A stretch of 60,997 nt of DNA, the filler included. It is 7 parts of 7 records of this genome, joined end to end, with 100 filler letters (N's around TTAATTAATTAA, not from the genome) between each part and the next. Parts side by side here need not be neighbours in the genome. Positions count along the whole stretch, not along the records: positions 1 to 12,687 come from SRR20825010_5605; 6 more parts are not named here. One strand, 5' to 3'. Under the pieces are notes generated by a model. The model saw only the letters and a program-made list of their open reading frames with translations. It was not told where the DNA came from and searched no databases. The translations under genes and the position numbers were made by a program. Position 1 is the stretch's first letter; every line of letters starts with the position of its first letter. Positions 1 through 10,767 of the stretch are shown one piece after another.

Positions 1-233
1 TTGACGGTGTCATACATATGCCACTGCCAGCTGTCCGGGCCCATGTTGCCAAGGGATGCCGCGATACCGCCCTGCGCTGCCACGGTGTGTGACCGGGTTG
101 GGAATACTTTAGTGATGCAAGCTGTCTTGAGGCCTGCTTCCGCGAGGCCCATGGTGGCACGAAGGCCAGATCCGCCCGCGCCAACAACAACGGCATCATA
201 GGTGTGCACTGTAATGGGATAGCTGCTCGTCAT
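1..233 (-). CDS. sdhA: Succinate dehydrogenase flavoprotein subunit, 5' part (runs off the window start)
   Basis: Not in the ORF track. Manual translation from the ATG at 233 gives [57 protein letters not shown] (FAD-binding GxGxxG and [10 protein letters not shown] covalent-FAD His motif). Lies directly after sdhD. Confidence 0.95.
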   Translation of the reverse strand, partial: MTSSYPITVHTYDAVVVGAGGSGLRATMGLAEAGLKTACITKVFPTRSHTVAAQGGIAASLGNMGPDSWQWHMYDTV

Positions 234-236
234 GAT

Positions 237-620
237 TTATCCCCCAAACGCTATACGAAGAACGGAGAAGATGCTGAGCGCCGCGATCAGCACACAGGCG
301 AAAGTGATCACCAACATGGAGGCGATCTTGGTGCCCTTGTCATGCACATAATCTTCCACAATCACCTGCAACCCAAGGCGCATGTGATAAACGAAGTTGG
401 CAACAAACAGGATCACAAGAACGCTGGCAAGCGGCTGCTTGAGCCATGCGACCCATTCAGCGTGGCTTTTGCCCACGTTGCCCACGAAGGAGATGACCAT
501 GAAGATCACCAGCGGAATGTTGGCAATGGCAGTTACGCGCTGTAGCCACCAATGGTGCGTGCCGTCTTTCGCGGAACCGAGCCCACGAACCTTGGCCAGT
601 GGTGTTTTCATATCAGCCAT
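237..620 (-). CDS. sdhD: Succinate dehydrogenase hydrophobic membrane anchor
   Basis: RGLGSAKDGTHHWWLQRVTA and HMRLGLQVIVEDYVH motifs; lies between sdhC and sdhA. Confidence 0.95.
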   Translation of the reverse strand: MADMKTPLAKVRGLGSAKDGTHHWWLQRVTAIANIPLVIFMVISFVGNVGKSHAEWVAWLKQPLASVLVILFVANFVYHMRLGLQVIVEDYVHDKGTKIASMLVITFACVLIAALSIFSVLRIAFGG

Positions 621-623
621 GGC

Positions 624-1019
624 TTACATCACCCCCAATACTTTATAGGCCGCAACCCAGATCACGACCGTCATGACGATTGAGAACACAAAGGTCAGCC
701 TGGCTGATGCTGTATTGGCCTTGAGGTCGTACATTTTCCCCATGTCCATTATCAGGTGGCGGATACCGCCAGCCAGATGCTGCATCAGCGCGAAGGTTAG
801 CCCAAGAAGCACAAGGCGACCGACAATCGACCCCGCATAGCCTTGAACAATATCGAAATACTCGTGCCCCGTCGCAAGAGCCACCAACCACCAGGTAAGC
901 AGGATAGACCCAAAAGCCAGCGCCGCACCGGTTGCCCGGTTGATAATCGACGCCGCCATGTGCCATCCCCAGCGATAAACCTGTAAGTGGGGCGAAAGCG
1001 GGCGTTTCACTTGAGCCAT
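624..1019 (-). CDS. sdhC: Succinate dehydrogenase cytochrome b556 subunit
   Basis: MAQVKRPLSPHLQVYR...SIINRATG...HLAGGIRHL; start moved to the ATG at 1019. Confidence 0.95.
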   Translation of the reverse strand: MAQVKRPLSPHLQVYRWGWHMAASIINRATGAALAFGSILLTWWLVALATGHEYFDIVQGYAGSIVGRLVLLGLTFALMQHLAGGIRHLIMDMGKMYDLKANTASARLTFVFSIVMTVVIWVAAYKVLGVM

Positions 1020-1338
1020 GAATAATCCCCTGACAGAATTGACATATTGGCCCTGCGGCGGCGAATGCTGCGCCGCAGAAAGAATCAGGCATTGTTTTAG
1101 CTCCCCATACGGTCCAACCGCAAGAAAGGATTTGGCTAAATCCTGAAATTTAACCGCCATAGGGGGGTACTCATCCCAGTTCACAGCGTGAGTTAGGGCG
1201 ACAGGACAGCCAAGCAACCGGCACGCCCGACACCTTTGCCAAATTAATCACAACCTGCCATTGCAGACCACACACCCATCTGCTAGTCACGGTGTAGTTG
1301 ATACGATTATGCCATCCTGGTCTTGGGGGTCTGGATTG

Positions 1339-3273
1339 ATGAATTTTTCGCTGGCGCATATTCTCGCGCTTTCAAGCCTTATTGCGTTTTTACCGACCGC
1401 ACAAGCAAACGAACCTGCTGATCAATTACCTATCGAAGTGTTCGCTAAACTGCCGCAGTTCTCGAACCCTCAACTCTCGCCTGACGCACAGTTTATCGCC
1501 TACATAAGCCCGATCAACGGTCGCAGAAACCTCATCATCCGGCCGCTTGACCAAGCGGGGAAACCAGAGGCCATCCCCCCCGTTGAGGATACCGATATCT
1601 CATGGTTTCGGTGGGCGAATAATGACCGCCTGCTGGTCTCCTACCGATATTCCGATAGTTGGGATAACAATTCCTATGTACGCACGGCCCTGTTTTCGGT
1701 GCACAAGAGCGAACCCGGATATGTCAACATGGCCAAAGAGCCGAAGGCGTACAAACGCAATCCTTTCGCACGCAAACCGCCACAAATCAGGGACAAGGTC
1801 GTAGATTTCCTGCCCGACGACCCTGATCACGTCCTGCTCGCCATCGATTCCGATTATGATGCACGAGCGGAAATCCGCCGTGTGAAGGTTGAGAATGGAG
1901 CCTTCAGCAATGTTACGGAAGGCTACGACTGGATCAACACCTGGTATGTCGACAAAAACCACGAATATCGTCTCGGTTTCGGAGGTAGCCCCAAAGGCCT
2001 TCGCATCCTCTATATCGACCCTGACACTAACGATCATGAGGAAATTCAGGACACAAGCTGGCTTGAGGACAACGGTGTTCATCTGATTACCTTCACAGAC
2101 GACCCTCGCATTATGTATGCGCTTGAGCCCAATGATCGTGGCTTGAGGCGGCTCATCACCTTCAATGTTCAAGAAGGTGAACGGGCAGCCATTCTGTTTG
2201 AGCATCCCACAGTTGACGTAACCGGCATCGCAAAGGACCCAGAAACAGGCGACTTTGTCGGGGTGCGATATAATGATGACCTGCCACGGGTAAAATATTT
2301 TGATGCGGAACTTGCTGCCCTACAGGCACAGCTCAACCAACTTATCCCCGGCGGCTCAAATGAGATCGTCAGTCGCAACAAGACGGCAGGGCTTTATCTC
2401 ATCCGCCATATCAGTGACCGAGAGGAAACCTATTACGCGCTCGATATGCAGTCACAAAACCTCTCTCGCTATACGGATGCGGTTCCGATACCCGCCAACC
2501 ATCTGGTAAGTACACAGAAACATGCCGTGCCAATGCGAGACGGCAGCTTTATCGAAGCATACCTTACCTCCCCCCGCGGTACGCAGTCTGAGAACCTGCC
2601 TCTCATAGTCATGCCTCATGGTGGTCCCTACTCACGCGATGACAACCGATACAACTATTTCGCCCAGTTTCTGGCGAACCGGGGGTACGCAGTCCTCAGA
2701 CCCAACTTCCGTGGATCAACAGGGTATGGACACTATTTTGAGGCCGCTGGCTACGACCAGTGGGGTGGGCTGATGCAGGACGACGTAACCGATGCCACCC
2801 GCTGGGCGATAGAGGCAGGCATTGCAGATGCACAGCGCGTCTGCATTGTCGGTGGCTCTTATGGTGGTTATGCGGCCCTTATGGGCGCTGTTAAAGAACC
2901 CGACTTATATGCCTGTGCGGCTTCACTGAATGGTGTCTCCGATCTTGTCATGCAGGAAGACCGGCTGAAAGACTTTTTTGGCCGCAGAGATTTCGCAAAA
3001 AAAATTGGCCTTAAAGGCCACAACACCAAGGATGTCTCCCCGTATCACCAAGCGGCTAGAATCAAATCACCCGTGATGATACTGCACGCCGAAGACGACC
3101 CGGTGGTGCCATTTGTTCATGGTGAGAAAATGTATAAAGCACTGGCCCGCTTCAAGAAGGATGTGACCTTTGTGCCACTTCGTAGTGCTGATCATTTTTT
3201 CGATACCGAACAATCACGCCGCGACATGCTGGCCGCGCTTGAAAAATTCCTCACCAAACATATCGGAAACTAA
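1339..3273 (+). CDS. Secreted S9 family (prolyl oligopeptidase/dipeptidyl aminopeptidase-like) peptidase
   Basis: Signal peptide (MNFSLAHILALSSLIAFLPTAQA), propeller-like region, PHGGP, NFRGSTGYG, GGSYGG nucleophile, downstream Asp (AEDDPVV) and His (ADHF). Confidence 0.9.
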   Translation: MNFSLAHILALSSLIAFLPTAQANEPADQLPIEVFAKLPQFSNPQLSPDAQFIAYISPINGRRNLIIRPLDQAGKPEAIPPVEDTDISWFRWANNDRLLVSYRYSDSWDNNSYVRTALFSVHKSEPGYVNMAKEPKAYKRNPFARKPPQIRDKVVDFLPDDPDHVLLAIDSDYDARAEIRRVKVENGAFSNVTEGYDWINTWYVDKNHEYRLGFGGSPKGLRILYIDPDTNDHEEIQDTSWLEDNGVHLITFTDDPRIMYALEPNDRGLRRLITFNVQEGERAAILFEHPTVDVTGIAKDPETGDFVGVRYNDDLPRVKYFDAELAALQAQLNQLIPGGSNEIVSRNKTAGLYLIRHISDREETYYALDMQSQNLSRYTDAVPIPANHLVSTQKHAVPMRDGSFIEAYLTSPRGTQSENLPLIVMPHGGPYSRDDNRYNYFAQFLANRGYAVLRPNFRGSTGYGHYFEAAGYDQWGGLMQDDVTDATRWAIEAGIADAQRVCIVGGSYGGYAALMGAVKEPDLYACAASLNGVSDLVMQEDRLKDFFGRRDFAKKIGLKGHNTKDVSPYHQAARIKSPVMILHAEDDPVVPFVHGEKMYKALARFKKDVTFVPLRSADHFFDTEQSRRDMLAALEKFLTKHIGN

Positions 3274-3353
3274 AACACCTGCTTGCGGTAGCAGGTTCAA
3301 CTCGCGCCAACCTTAAACTATTGTTGTATTTTTCTATTGGGGGATCACACAAA

Positions 3354-5312
3354 ATGACCATTAACCGACTGAAGCAATGCATCTGCGCATTTGCTTTTAC
3401 AGCTCTTTTAGGCAGCCCAAGCGCTTTAGCGGCAGACCTTTTGCCCGCTAGCGCCTATGCATCGTTACCCAACATGCAATCGGTAAAAATGTCGCCAAAC
3501 GCGCAGCAGATTGGCTATCTCACCCACGACGGCGGCCGGATTGTGCTGGTCCTTGAAAATATTGACCGCACCGACAGAGTTATGGTGCCCCCGCTTGAAA
3601 AGGCAGATATCGCCACCTTCTACTGGGCTAACGACGAGCGTGTTCTTATCGTTTATGAACTGTCTGGTAGCTACCGCGGTATCTCAGGACAATATACAAT
3701 GACACGGCTTGTTGGCATCGACAGGGACGGCACCAATGCGTCATGGATTGTCAAAAACCACACGGAGAAGAAGGGTGGGTCTACCGCCGGCAGGATCGAG
3801 TTCGACCCTGCCCAGCTCCAGCATGACATCCTGGATATCCTGCCGGACGAACCTGATCATATATTGCTTTCGCTGGATGCAGATCACGACGGTGCCTATG
3901 AAGTCAGAAAGCTGAATGTTAACGACGGTGACTATGATATCGTCCAGCGGGACCGTCGCGGCATTCAAAACTGGTACGCAGACCACACCGGTGAAGTCCG
4001 CTATGGCTCAGGATATATTGCCGGTACCAGCGACTATATAAGCTCCCTCCGTGATGCAGACGGGAACTGGTTTGCGCTCAAAAAGACAGAATGGGCGAAC
4101 CGGTATAACGTTCGCGGTTTTGACGAAAATCCCAACGTTATTTTTGTCTCCGGCCCCAGTCGCTTCGGCACCAAAGGGCTTTACAAGCTCAATCTCATTT
4201 CCGGCGCGATCATTGAAACAGTGTTTGAAGATGAGCATTATGACATCGGCGGCGTTTTGGATCATCCGGAAACCGGGAAAGCGGCAGGGTATTTTTACAC
4301 ATCCGACGTGAGCCACGTGGTATATTTCGACAAGACGATGCACAAGGTTCAAGGCGCGATCAACAAAGCCTTGCCCGACACAACGAACCACATATATAGC
4401 AAGGCAAAAGGCGCTCACACCTACCTTATTTTCTCTGACAGCCCAACCGATCCCGGTGTCTACTATTGGCTGGATTTCAAGACCAAGGAGATGAAAACTC
4501 TCGGCTCCTACATGCACGGCATCGATCCGGCGATGTCCAGCCCTGCCATGCCAGCGACTATACCGGTGCGAGACGGCACTAGCATACCAGGCTATGTAAC
4601 CATGCCGAAGGGCAAGGAAACCGCAAAAGGCTTGCCCGCTGTTGTGCTGGTACACGGTGGCCCCTGGGCGCGCGACACTGCCGACTGGGACTGGTGGGCA
4701 CAGTTCCTTGCCAGCCGTGGCTATGTTGTGTTGCAACCCAATTTTCGGGGGTCAACAGGTTACGGCCCTGCTTTTGAAAGGGCGGGCGACTCGCAGTGGG
4801 GTGGCCTTATGCAGGATGACGTGACAGACGCAACGCAGTGGCTCATCAAACAAGGCATCGCTGATAAAGACAACGTCTGTATCGTAGGAGCGTCCTACGG
4901 TGGTTACGCTTCCCTGATGGGCGTAATCAAGGAGCCCGGTTTATATAAATGTGCCGTTTCAATTAATGGCGTCACCGATCTGCCTCGGCTCATCGCTGAA
5001 GACAAATACAACGTCATCGGCGGCCGCGACTGGGTGAAGAAGATCGGCCTTGAAGGTGCATCATCGAGCGATGTCTCACCCTATCATCGATCCGAAGGTG
5101 TCAGTGCGCCAGTGCTACTGATGTCATCTAAGGACGATACCCGCATCGACTATGGCGTATCGGAAGCCATGCACAAGCGTCTCGCCAAGCTGGGCAAGGC
5201 CAGCCGTTACGTGATGATTGAAGACGGTGGACACCATATGGATACGGCAGAATCCCGCCTTACCGTACTAACGGAAATGGAAAAATTTCTCGCAACCCAG
5301 ATTGGGCGCTAA
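3354..5312 (+). CDS. Secreted S9 family peptidase (tandem paralog)
   Basis: Signal peptide ending ALA-AD, VHGGP, NFRGSTGYG, GASYGG, KDDTRI, GGHH; same architecture as the upstream gene. Confidence 0.9.
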   Translation: MTINRLKQCICAFAFTALLGSPSALAADLLPASAYASLPNMQSVKMSPNAQQIGYLTHDGGRIVLVLENIDRTDRVMVPPLEKADIATFYWANDERVLIVYELSGSYRGISGQYTMTRLVGIDRDGTNASWIVKNHTEKKGGSTAGRIEFDPAQLQHDILDILPDEPDHILLSLDADHDGAYEVRKLNVNDGDYDIVQRDRRGIQNWYADHTGEVRYGSGYIAGTSDYISSLRDADGNWFALKKTEWANRYNVRGFDENPNVIFVSGPSRFGTKGLYKLNLISGAIIETVFEDEHYDIGGVLDHPETGKAAGYFYTSDVSHVVYFDKTMHKVQGAINKALPDTTNHIYSKAKGAHTYLIFSDSPTDPGVYYWLDFKTKEMKTLGSYMHGIDPAMSSPAMPATIPVRDGTSIPGYVTMPKGKETAKGLPAVVLVHGGPWARDTADWDWWAQFLASRGYVVLQPNFRGSTGYGPAFERAGDSQWGGLMQDDVTDATQWLIKQGIADKDNVCIVGASYGGYASLMGVIKEPGLYKCAVSINGVTDLPRLIAEDKYNVIGGRDWVKKIGLEGASSSDVSPYHRSEGVSAPVLLMSSKDDTRIDYGVSEAMHKRLAKLGKASRYVMIEDGGHHMDTAESRLTVLTEMEKFLATQIGR

Positions 5313-6190
5313 GTTCCTTTTGGAAACATCCCGGCGATGGCTTCGGCCATCGCCACTTGCCGCCGAGCCTCAACCACATGCAGTTCCTCGACCATGCGGC
5401 CATCAAGCACCGCAACCCCTGCACCACGCTGTTTGGCTTCCTCAAATGCTGCAATCATGCGGCGCGCCAGCGCTACGTCATCGCCGCTTGGGGCAAACAC
5501 CTCATTAGCCGCGTCCACTTGTGATGGGTGGATCAGCGTTTTACCGTCAAAGCCCATCTCGTGCGCCTGAACACACTCAGTCCGGAAACCGTCCACGTCT
5601 TTGAAGTTGCCGTACACGCCGTCAAGGATCGTGAGCCCATAGGCCCGCGCCACAAGAAGCGCCATTGAAAGTGCTGTCATCACCGGCATACGGTCTTTGG
5701 TATGGCTGGCGTGCAGGTCCTTGATCAGATCGTTGGTGCCAACAACCCACGTGGTTTGCCGATCCGTAACAGTCGCAAGCTCTTCGAGGCGCAAATATGC
5801 CTTTGGTGTCTCGATCATCGACCAAAGTGCGACCTTGTCAGCCCCACCAAGCCACGCCAGTTCTTCCTCAATCCTGCTGAGGATTGAGGGGTCGTCCACC
5901 TTGGGCACAAGAATAGCGTCTGGCTGTCCTTCAAGGGCGGCGGCCAGATCCTCCCGCCACCAGGATGTATCAAGGCCGTTGATGCGCACGACACGAGTTC
6001 GCTTGCCATAGCCACCCGCCTTGAGCGCACTGGCGGCCTGTTTACGGGCATCGGCTTTCGCGTCTGGCGCTACCGCATCTTCAAGGTCAAAGATAACACC
6101 GTCAGAGGGTAATTCTCGTGCTTTATCAAGCGCGCGGGCGTTAGATGCAGGCATGAAAAGCATGCTGCGATATGGCCGAAAGTCCATCAT
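5309..6190 (-). CDS. CitE/HpcH family CoA-ester lyase, resembling (3S)-malyl-CoA thioesterase Mcl2
   Basis: RSMLFMPASN, FDLEDAVAP, RING, PKV, MIET, GTND, GFDGKTLIHPSQV. Its stop overlaps the convergent S9 gene stop by 4 nt. Confidence 0.85.
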   Translation of the reverse strand: MMDFRPYRSMLFMPASNARALDKARELPSDGVIFDLEDAVAPDAKADARKQAASALKAGGYGKRTRVVRINGLDTSWWREDLAAALEGQPDAILVPKVDDPSILSRIEEELAWLGGADKVALWSMIETPKAYLRLEELATVTDRQTTWVVGTNDLIKDLHASHTKDRMPVMTALSMALLVARAYGLTILDGVYGNFKDVDGFRTECVQAHEMGFDGKTLIHPSQVDAANEVFAPSGDDVALARRMIAAFEEAKQRGAGVAVLDGRMVEELHVVEARRQVAMAEAIAGMFPKGT

Positions 6191-6271
6191 CCACTGCCCC
6201 TTGTTATTGTCCTCACTTCATGAAGGCCCGCGCTGCTCACACGGGCCTCCGCTCTCTACCAGCCGTCGTAG

Positions 6272-8107
6272 TTACCAACCACAGGTACGGTTTGCATTTT
6301 GCTCATCAAGCCAAACCTTAAGCGGCTCGAAATAGGCGATGATTGCATCACCGCTCATCTCGCGGCTGCCAGTGAAGGCTTCAAGCGCTTCCGGCCACGG
6401 CTTCGATGCACCCATTTCCATCATGGCATTAAACTTGGCACCCACTTCCTTGTTGCCGTAGATCGAGCATTCAGCAAGCGGCCCCGTCCAGCCCGCCTGA
6501 TCACAGGCTGCTTTGTAGAACTGGAACTGAAGGATGCGGGCGAGGAAATAACGCATATAAGGCGTGTTGCCGGGAATATGATACTTGGCACCCGGGTCAA
6601 AGGCATCAGCCGGGCGCTCATTTGGTGCTTTCAGGCCCTGGTATTCTTCCCGAAGTTTCCACCAGGCATCGTTATACTGGTCGGGCGTCACCTCGCCGGA
6701 GAAAACCTGCCAGCGCCATTTATCAACCATCAAACCAAACGGCAGGAAGGCCACTTTATCCATCGCCTGACGCAAGAGCGCCGGGATCGGGTCGCTGCTG
6801 GCGGGCACTTCTTCGATCAGACCAATCTGCTTGAGGTAATCCGGTGTCATCGACAGCGCGACCATATCGCCAATAGCTTCATGGAAGCCATCATTGGCCC
6901 CGTTCTGGTGCAGCGGGCTTTGGTCCTTATAAGCACGCTGATAGAAGTTATGACCAAGCTCATGGTGCACGGTCACAAAATCCTCACCATTCACTTTAGT
7001 GCACATCTTGATGCGCACATCGTCCTTGCCATCAATGTTCCAGGCTGATGCGTGGCACTGCACTTCGCGGTCCGCTGGCTTAACGAACAGCGAACGATCC
7101 CAGAAGGTATCCGGCAGCGGTTCAAACCCCAGCGAGGTGAAGAACCCCTCTGCGGTTTTTGCCATCTTCTTGGCGTCATAGCCTTTTTCAACCAACTTGC
7201 TGGTCACGTCGATGCTGCCACCTGCAGTACCTTCAGGCTGCACGACCGGGTATATGTTGCCCCACTCCTGCGCCCACATATTACCCAGAAGATGCGCTGG
7301 GATCGGGCCACTATCCGGTACCACACGGTCACCGTAAAAATCTGAAAGCTTGGCCCGAACGTGACAATGCAGCGCGTCATAAAGCGGCTTCACGTCACCC
7401 CACATTTCATCAACCATCGCGGCGAAAGCATCGGGGTCCATATCATAGCCACCACGCCACATGGCGCCGACATCCTTGTAGCCAAGCTCGCTCGCACCCT
7501 CATTGGCAATATCCACCATGCGGGCATAGTCGTCTTTCATTGGCTTGGAGATTTTATGCCAGCCATCCCACGCGGCCAAAAGGCGCTCCGGCGTGCGGTC
7601 TTCCGCCATAATATCCGACACCTGGCCAAGCGACAGAGTCTCGCCTTCCATCTCCACCTTGCCAGTGCCGTAAGTGGCATCAAGGTTGGCTTTAATGGTT
7701 GCCAGCTCCGCCGTTTTCTCTGCATCATCCGGGGCTGGCAAAGTTAGTGCCGCCTTGAGGATGGTCATTTTACGCGCAAGCTCGGGCGGCAGGTCAAGCC
7801 CGTCAAATCGTTTTGCCTCATTGGCAAGCTTGACACCCAGCAAGGTGAAGGCCTCATCAGCCTCGGCTACGATAATGTTTGTGTCTGCTGTAATAAAGTT
7901 GGCTTGCACCCAGGCCTTGCGGCTGAAGCTTTTACCCTCGTCAGAAAGCTTCTGCTCAGCCTCACGCATGAAAGCCTCGGCTTCAGCAACCGTTGGTACC
8001 GCAGTTTTCGATGCATCTGCCTCATTTTCGCTTTTCTCGCCGCATGCGGTGAGCGAAAGCGCAACTGTCAGCGCAATAACTGATATCCCTGATTTCCACT
8101 GTGCCAT
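6272..8107 (-). CDS. Peptidase M2 (angiotensin-converting-enzyme-like peptidyl-dipeptidase), probable lipoprotein
   Basis: Lipobox LTAC, PAHLLGNMWAQEW, CHASAW, HHELGH zinc motif, GANDGFHEAIGD, FDPGAKYHIP. Confidence 0.93.
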   Translation of the reverse strand: MAQWKSGISVIALTVALSLTACGEKSENEADASKTAVPTVAEAEAFMREAEQKLSDEGKSFSRKAWVQANFITADTNIIVAEADEAFTLLGVKLANEAKRFDGLDLPPELARKMTILKAALTLPAPDDAEKTAELATIKANLDATYGTGKVEMEGETLSLGQVSDIMAEDRTPERLLAAWDGWHKISKPMKDDYARMVDIANEGASELGYKDVGAMWRGGYDMDPDAFAAMVDEMWGDVKPLYDALHCHVRAKLSDFYGDRVVPDSGPIPAHLLGNMWAQEWGNIYPVVQPEGTAGGSIDVTSKLVEKGYDAKKMAKTAEGFFTSLGFEPLPDTFWDRSLFVKPADREVQCHASAWNIDGKDDVRIKMCTKVNGEDFVTVHHELGHNFYQRAYKDQSPLHQNGANDGFHEAIGDMVALSMTPDYLKQIGLIEEVPASSDPIPALLRQAMDKVAFLPFGLMVDKWRWQVFSGEVTPDQYNDAWWKLREEYQGLKAPNERPADAFDPGAKYHIPGNTPYMRYFLARILQFQFYKAACDQAGWTGPLAECSIYGNKEVGAKFNAMMEMGASKPWPEALEAFTGSREMSGDAIIAYFEPLKVWLDEQNANRTCGW

Positions 8108-8352
8108 GATAACCCCTCCGTTATTATATTAGCTCTTTAGGCCGTGCCACGCTTGCCCTGCGCCGCGTCATGATCATGCAAATCGCCCCGGGTCTGTCAA
8201 CTGGTCTGTCCACAGCCCACAACGGCATCTGTATTGCAAATGCTGACGTTTCGTTAACCATCCTGTGCTGTAATAACACGTGCTCAAGGGGGCGCTATAT
8301 TATTTAATGTTGTGCTGCACTTTCCGGCAGTATGGCATGAAGCGGAGACACG

Positions 8353-9600
8353 ATGTCAGCCAGGAACGAAAAGAGCGCCGGTACTGAGCCGTTGGCCGCC
8401 TTTGAGGGCATCACGCACCTCACCGGCAAAGCCTATTTCCAAGCCTTGTGCAAACTGTTGGCTGAGCACTTTGGCGCAGATATCGCCTATGTCTCCCTGC
8501 TCAGTGCAGACCATATGAGCGCGCGCACGCTTGCCCATTATGAACACGGCGCATCAATGCCGCCCACTGACTACCCACTTGACCGCACACCGTGCTGGGA
8601 AACCGTGAATAAACGCGGGTGCTTTTACGAAAGTGCCGTTCGTGAAACCTATACTAAAGACGCTTATCTGGAAGAGCATGAGATCGAGGGATATGTTGGC
8701 TTTCCGCTTATTGGAGAAGACCCCAAGCGCGTTGAAGGCACCCTGATTGCCATGAGCAAAACCGCGATCCCTGAGGATGGCGCGCTGCATACAGTGATGA
8801 AACTTGCGCGAAGCCGCACGCAGGCGGAGCTGGTGCACACCCAATATGAAAACAAGCTGAAGGAAACCATCAGTCAGGCGCTTCTGCTAAACTATTCAAA
8901 ATCCATGTTCATGGCCAACATCGGGCATGAGCTGCGCACCCCCTTGGGTGCCATGGTGGGCTACGCCTCTCTCATTCGTGACGGACAAGCAGACAAAACA
9001 ACCATCAGCAACTATGCCAACAGTATCTGCTCGTCTGGCGAGGAACTTCTGGCCCTCATTAGCGATATCATGTCCCTCGCCATGCTCGAGATTTCTGACG
9101 AGACATCAAAACGTGAGAAGTTCGACCTTCTGGATATCGCCCGCACCGGCAGGCGGCTGATCCAACAGCAAGCGGCGAGCAAAAACCTGACAGTTGCCGC
9201 CGCCACGCGGTCTGACGCGCTGATTGTGCACGGCGATGCCGGGCACACCAAAAAGGCGCTGATGAATCTGCTGTCAAACGCGGTGAAATTCACCAGTAAC
9301 GGCAAGATCGAGATTGTGGTTGAGGAGGATGAGAGCAGCAATGCCCGGCTTAGCGTGATTGACGGTGGCGTGGGCATGAGCCCAGGGGAAATTGCAAAAG
9401 CAACCGAGCCGCTTGGCACTTTCACCCATGCCTATGATATGCATCAGGAAGGGGCCGGGCTCGGTTTGCCAATCACTGCGCTATTGATGCAGCGCCAGGG
9501 CGGCGAACTGCTGATAGAAAGTGAAAAAGGCAAAGGCACCAAAGCTCACCTCATCTTCCCTCGCTCCCTTGTACAAACGGAAGAGGGCGACTTCATCTAA
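8353..9600 (+). CDS. Cytoplasmic GAF-domain sensor histidine kinase
   Basis: N-terminal GAF (YPLDRTPC...GYVGFPL), H-box GHELRTPL, N-box NLLSNAVKFT, DGGVGM, GAGLGL; no TM segment and no adjacent regulator. Confidence 0.88.
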   Translation: MSARNEKSAGTEPLAAFEGITHLTGKAYFQALCKLLAEHFGADIAYVSLLSADHMSARTLAHYEHGASMPPTDYPLDRTPCWETVNKRGCFYESAVRETYTKDAYLEEHEIEGYVGFPLIGEDPKRVEGTLIAMSKTAIPEDGALHTVMKLARSRTQAELVHTQYENKLKETISQALLLNYSKSMFMANIGHELRTPLGAMVGYASLIRDGQADKTTISNYANSICSSGEELLALISDIMSLAMLEISDETSKREKFDLLDIARTGRRLIQQQAASKNLTVAAATRSDALIVHGDAGHTKKALMNLLSNAVKFTSNGKIEIVVEEDESSNARLSVIDGGVGMSPGEIAKATEPLGTFTHAYDMHQEGAGLGLPITALLMQRQGGELLIESEKGKGTKAHLIFPRSLVQTEEGDFI

Positions 9601-9638
9601 AGCCGCCCTCTTGCAATTCTTATCGCTGTTTTTGGCGT

Positions 9639-10661
9639 TTATGCTGCCACGGACAAAATGCCCTGATTGATGAGCGATTCTGCAATCTGCACCGCGTTGA
9701 GTGCCGCGCCTTTGCGCAAGTTGTCAGACACCACCCAGATATTGAGGCCGTTTTTCACCGTTGGGTCCTTGCGGATACGGGAGATGAAGGTCGCAAAATC
9801 TCCAACACATTCAACCGGCGTGATGTAACCACCGTCTTCACGCTTGTCGATCACCATGCAACCGGGCGCCTCACGCAGAAGCGCCCGTGCCTGCTTCTCA
9901 GTCATCTCGTTCTTGAACTCGATGTTGATCGCTTCCGAATGGCCCACAAACACCGGCACACGAACACATGTCGCAGTTAACTGGATATTGGGGTCGAGCA
10001 TCTTGTGTGTCTCGGCAACCATCTTCCACTCTTCTTTGGTGGAGCCGTCATCCATGAACACATCAATGTGCGGAATCACGTTGAACGCGATCTGCTTGGA
10101 GAATTTCTCTTTCACAATCGGGTCATTCACGAACACCGCACGGGTCTGAGTGAACAGCTCATCCATCGCTTCGTTACCCGCACCAGATACAGACTGGTAG
10201 GTGGATACAACAACACGCTTGATCACCGCCGCATCATGCAACGGCTTGAGAGCCACAAGCATTTGCGCCGTTGAGCAGTTCGGGTTTGCGATGATATTTT
10301 TCTTGATTTTCTTCAGGTGGTGCGGATTCACCTCCGGCACCACAAGTGGCACGTCAGGGTCCATGCGGTAATACGATGAGTTATCGATCACCATGGCGCC
10401 TGCGGCTGCGGCCTTCGGGCCAAACTCTTTCGACACACCAGAACCCGCCGCAAAAAGTGCTATATCAACACCCTTGAAGTTGAAGGTATCAAGCGCGACG
10501 ACGGTAATTTCCTTCTCGCCATAGCCTACCTTCTGTCCCATCGATTTTCGCGACGCGATGGCAATAACTTCCGTCGCCGGGAAGTCCCGTTCAGCGAGGA
10601 TGTTCAGCATTTCACGACCGACATTACCGGTCGCACCTACAACAGCGACACGAAAACCCAT
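9639..10661 (-). CDS. asd: Aspartate-semialdehyde dehydrogenase
   Basis: VVGATGNVG, NPNCST, YQSVSGAG, RVPVFVGHSE, DNLRKGAALNAVQIAE. Confidence 0.97.
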   Translation of the reverse strand: MGFRVAVVGATGNVGREMLNILAERDFPATEVIAIASRKSMGQKVGYGEKEITVVALDTFNFKGVDIALFAAGSGVSKEFGPKAAAAGAMVIDNSSYYRMDPDVPLVVPEVNPHHLKKIKKNIIANPNCSTAQMLVALKPLHDAAVIKRVVVSTYQSVSGAGNEAMDELFTQTRAVFVNDPIVKEKFSKQIAFNVIPHIDVFMDDGSTKEEWKMVAETHKMLDPNIQLTATCVRVPVFVGHSEAINIEFKNEMTEKQARALLREAPGCMVIDKREDGGYITPVECVGDFATFISRIRKDPTVKNGLNIWVVSDNLRKGAALNAVQIAESLINQGILSVAA

Positions 10662-10767
10662 GTTAATCTCCTATGGGGCTACAATTTCGGGGCCTTTTGT
10701 GAAGGTTACCCGCTATTTGGTCAAACTCTATTAGATGACGTGATTGTTTAGTTTTACTGCGCCTGCT

